Origin: Ginglymostoma cirratum
Lineage: Eukaryota
Reading direction: 5' to 3'
Length of the DNA stretch: 64,000 bases
Assembly: GCA_024137785.1 (NCBI GenBank)
Contig: JAHRHZ010000028.1
Location: 27,569,847 to 27,633,846, forward strand
The notes beneath the pieces are model-generated. The model saw only the letters and a list, made by a program, of their open reading frames with translations, did no database searches and had not been told where the DNA came from. The translations under genes and the position numbers were made by a program. Each line of letters begins with the position of its first letter. Position 1 is the stretch's first letter. Shown piece by piece: positions 59,741 through 64,000 of the stretch.

Positions 59741-60849
59741 TTTCTGAACAGCAAATCTCTATATCAGTTCATGATGTAGCATGACTGTACTTTTGAAAGA
59801 ATGATTTTTAAAAAATCACCTGAACGTTGTATTTCTTGAGCATGGAGTTGCTGCAAGGATCCTGAGACAACCATATATGATTAATGACATGATCACACTT
59901 GCCAGTGTACCGGAACAACGGACTCTGAAACATCCTGAGCTTTTCCCTTCGAATAATCCTTTGGCCAAAGTGTTTAATTTTCAGTGAATCAATCCCTCGC
60001 AGAGAAATCTGTTTTATTTTCTATTTTCCAGAGTGTGAGTGTATCTGTTTGTGTGTGATTATGTTGTGTCTGTAGTTAGGGGATATTTAGAGAGTTAAGC
60101 ATATATACTTCTGTCGTACTGACTGTGAATGTTAACCAATTATTGCATCATTGTTGCATAAGTTTCATTTCACAAAAGATCAACAATTGTGTTTATTAAG
60201 AAACTTGATTGATCTTTGACTGATATAGATGATTAGGTGTCATGGGAACTGGAAAATATATTTTTATTTTGTGCTGTGAGTTGGGCAGTATTAGGACTAG
60301 AGTGACTGCGCCCTCTCCAACCTCAGTAGTAAAAATATCCAGAAGTAACTCTAATGGAGAGTTTACAAAGCCTTTCAGATTGTATTAAAATGTGAAATAG
60401 TAAAACATTGCAAAATATTTTGGACTTTCTTGCATGATTTAATGAATCTTCTGACCCATCTTCATGTGGAATTCGGTTTCATTTCCATTCTGTGTCCAAT
60501 GTTTCCAGTCGATCTTTCTCTTGTTTGGCTGGAGAACAGATTTAGAAATGAATCTAAAGCACTCGAACTGATGAAGATGAATGAATTGAGCCTCATTCAA
60601 AGGTGAGGCACTCCAAGAGATACTTGTCAAAAACCCATAGCTGTGCGGGTGGGTGGAGTTAGCCTGGTTTAAATGGTGAGATTTTGGCTCCTCTCAATTT
60701 GTTTAACATTCCTAGATTCAGGGGAGATTCAATTTCACGCGTGTACATCCAAGTCAACATGTCTTATGTTCCAGATTGTACAATGCAACGCACTTTGGCT
60801 AAGTTCAGAGACTTTTAGGTGCCACCTCCCACACCTCAGATCAATGTCA

Positions 60850-61990
60850 CATTAGTAATCAGAAGAGAAGTACGGCACGGGAACAGGCCCTTCGGCCCCC
60901 AAGCCTGTGCCGATCATCATGCCCTGACTAAACTAAAAAACTATCCTTCTGTGCTTGTTTGGTCTGTACCTCTCTATTCCCTCCCTATTCATGTAACCAT
61001 CCAGACGCCTCTTAAATGTCGCCAACGTGCCTGCTTCCACCACCTCCTCTGGCAGTGCATTCCAGATTCCTACCACTCTCTGCGTGACAAACTTCCCTTG
61101 CACATCTGCCTTAAACTTTTGCCCTCTCACTTTCAACCTGTGCCCCCTTGTCATTGAAACTTCAACCCTAGGAAGAAGGCTCTGACTATCCACCCCATCT
61201 ATGCCTCTCATAATTTTGTAGATCTCTATCAGGTCTCCTCTCAGCCGCCATCTTTCCGGTGAAAACAATCCTAGTCTTTTTAACCTTTCCTCAATGCCAA
61301 TGCCCTTGAGACCAGGCAACATCCTGGTGAACCTTCTCTGCATGCCTCCAAAGCTTCCACATCCTTTTGGTAAAGTGGCAACCAAAACTGCACGCAGTAC
61401 TCCAAATGCCGCCTAACAAGGGTTTTATATAGCTGTAACATGGTTTGCCAACTCTTATACTCCATGCCCTGGCCAATGAAGGTAAGCAAGCCATATGCCT
61501 TCTCAATCACCTTGGCCACCTGTGTTGCCAATTTTAAGGATGTTGGCCTATACACCCAGATCCGTCTGTTTGTTAATGTTCCTAAGGGTTCTGCCATTAA
61601 CAGTATAATGCACATCTAAAGTTGATCCTCCAAGGTGCATCACCTCGCATTTGTCTGGATTAAACTCCATCTCTCATTTCTGTACCCAAGTCGCCAATCT
61701 ATCTCTATCCGGTTATATCCTTTCACAATTGTTAGCACTATCAGTAACTCCACCAATCTTCAGGTTATCTGAAAACTTACTAATTAGGCCACTCACATTT
61801 TCCTCCAGATCATTTATATATACTACAAACAACAGAGGCCCTAAGTCTTATCCCTGAGGAACAACACTAGTTACCGGTCTCCATTCTGAAAAACACCCTT
61901 CCACTGCTACCCTCTGTCTTCTGTGACCAAGCCAGTTTTTTTTATCCATCTAGTCAGCCCGCCCCGAATCCCATGTGAATTTAGTTGTGG
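60850..61990 (-). mobile_element. CR1 LINE 3' fragment
   Basis: LYKTLVRRHLEYCVQFW; RRFTRMLPGL...TRGHRLKVRG...QRVVGIWNALP. Confidence 0.9.
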
Positions 61991-64000
61991 ATAAGGTTAT
62001 AAAATAACTATTAAATGAAAATAAATATTTTGTATCAACTGTGTGTTTGATTCATCCAATCGTAGATTTCCAATTTAAACCAAATATCTTCATACCAACC
62101 AACCATTCTGTTGACAAGTATAAAGTGAAACCCAAAAGCCAATGTTCTCACACTGGAATGGTGCCAGTAACAGTTTATGCGTAAATCATTTCATTTTGGG
62201 GTGGGTTAGTTGCTGCTTTTCTGGGCAACTTGCAAAGTCCTTGAGCTTTTGGACTGAAGTGAAATATTTGTAAGCATATGAAAGAAAGGTTTAAATGATT
62301 GGACCTAAAACTGAGTGTAGCACGTGATTGATACAGAGCCAGCCAGAGCAGCAAAGGGCAGCCAACTGATTATAGCCCATTCCCTCGTTAGAACATCTCT
62401 GATTAAACAAGGAACTATAATTAATACAGTACCAAATTATTTATACTTGAAGCTAATAAATAAATTTAAATTATAGTCATACTTGACTTAATGAACTCTA
62501 CTCCTCTCCAAAAAAATCATCCAACAAAGTATTGAATTCATGTGAGTTGTATGAGCATAGTGTGATTGTTTACTGTGTGGTCACATCGAGAGTTATTGAG
62601 CTTTGAATACACAATAGAACATGGGATAACCACACTTCCCCATGTCAGGTATCAGTCGAGTGAGATTTCTCTGAACTGCTTGTCGCACATTTGTATCCTT
62701 TACTAAATAAAGAGACAAAAACCGAACAAAATAATGCAGATGTGGTCTCAGCAATACCCTTTACAACTAAGGCAAACCAAACCTGCCTTGATATTCCACT
62801 TCCCTTTGAAAAAGTCAAAACGTTCAATTCATAATCACTTGCTGGATCCATATTCCAACCTTTTCTCATTCATATTCCAGGACATCCCCAATCCCTCTGT
62901 ACCTTAGAGTCTTGTGAGCTCTCTCCATTGGAATATGATGCTGCTTTTCTATTGTTCCTTGCAAAGTGAATATGTACGCATTATTCCACATGATAGTCCA
63001 CTTGTCAAACATTTTCCCGCTCACTGAACTGATCCCTGTCTCTCTCTCCATACTCCTTATGTCCTCTTAGCAATTACCTTCCTACAAATCTTTATGTCAT
63101 TAGTAAATTTAGCAAGCATACAGTCAGTCCCTTCAGACAAGTCATTTATATCAATGGTAAGTGATCATCACAGTTATTGTTGTATCTTCTTCACCGGAAC
63201 CTATTATGTTTATCCTGTATACTCCATCCTGGAGCATGGTTACAGTTAGGGGCCTATAAACTATTGTCCAAAAGTAACATCTTATCTTTATTCAGAAATC
63301 ACATAACAGCAGGTTTTAGTCCAATAGGTTTATTGAAAATCACAATCAGTTGGAGCGCTACTCCTTTATCATGTGAAATTCCTTATATTTACTATTTCTC
63401 ATCTCTGTCAAAACTGATTCTACATCCTGATCTCCAGACCTTAAGGCCATGTACTTATTCCACAAAAATCACCCTTAATTAACTGATCTACTCCTCCACT
63501 ATTCCTAGCTTTCTGTCCTTCCTGAGTGTCATTTGCTTTGACTAACACTTTCAATCATCAAGTCCCACATTCTGATATTCTCAGGGCTCCCTGTGCAGTC
63601 ATCCTCAGGAGAGTACAGTTTACTGCTTCATACATTTCTCTCTGTGTGGATATCTCATCTCCATACCTGAACACCTCAAATATCCTACAAACTTATGCAC
63701 TCATGCTTCACTGTGATTCTCTGCCAGTTTCTCTCCTATTCACACACAGTATTCCTAGCCCTCATTTATCTCTAATTTTGCAGGAGAAGGGAAGTCACAA
63801 GATCAGGGACAGTTAGAGAACTGAGTGAGGCGGTGGCTGGGGAGTGCTTTTCCTTCAGTGAGATCCATTTTAACAGCCCATCTGGCCCACTGTGAAGAAG
63901 GGATTGTTGCAGACGGCTGCGAATGACAGCAATGACATGCTGAGATAAGCTGAACTTCCTGAGGCATTAGTGCTAGACACATTGAGACAATGATCCTCTG

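Overview
Eukaryotic vertebrate genomic DNA, AT-rich and repeat-dense. The repeat set (CR1/HER1-type LINEs, HE1/V-SINE-type SINEs, Neptune-type Penelope-like elements, Rex1/Babar) points to a cartilaginous fish, probably a shark (inference). Nearly all ORFs in the supplied track are repeat-derived or spurious. Reading splice sites by hand on the minus strand gives two complete tandem paralogous CD300/CMRF35/pIgR-like inhibitory receptor genes, with all intron phases matching. Gene A (CDS 53019->30547; 6 core exons, 269 aa) has a leader, one IgV, a Ser/Thr stalk, an uncharged TM and three ITIM-type motifs. Gene B (CDS 24144->12977; 7 exons, 355 aa) has a leader, two IgV, a short stalk, an uncharged TM and two ITIMs. 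Gene B's first Ig domain has lost both canonical Ig cysteines (to Phe and Trp), and its first ITIM has Tyr->His. The window also carries more than 10 minimal type-I hammerhead-ribozyme motifs with covarying stems, inside short TSD-flanked Penelope-derived inserts; four are in sense orientation in gene A introns. Other content: a possible orphan signal-peptide exon at 57.8 kb, the probable last exon and 3' UTR of an unidentified plus-strand gene at the left edge, a probable solo LTR in gene B, and two assembly gaps. Exon and ribozyme coordinates were read to the base; repeat boundaries are approximate.
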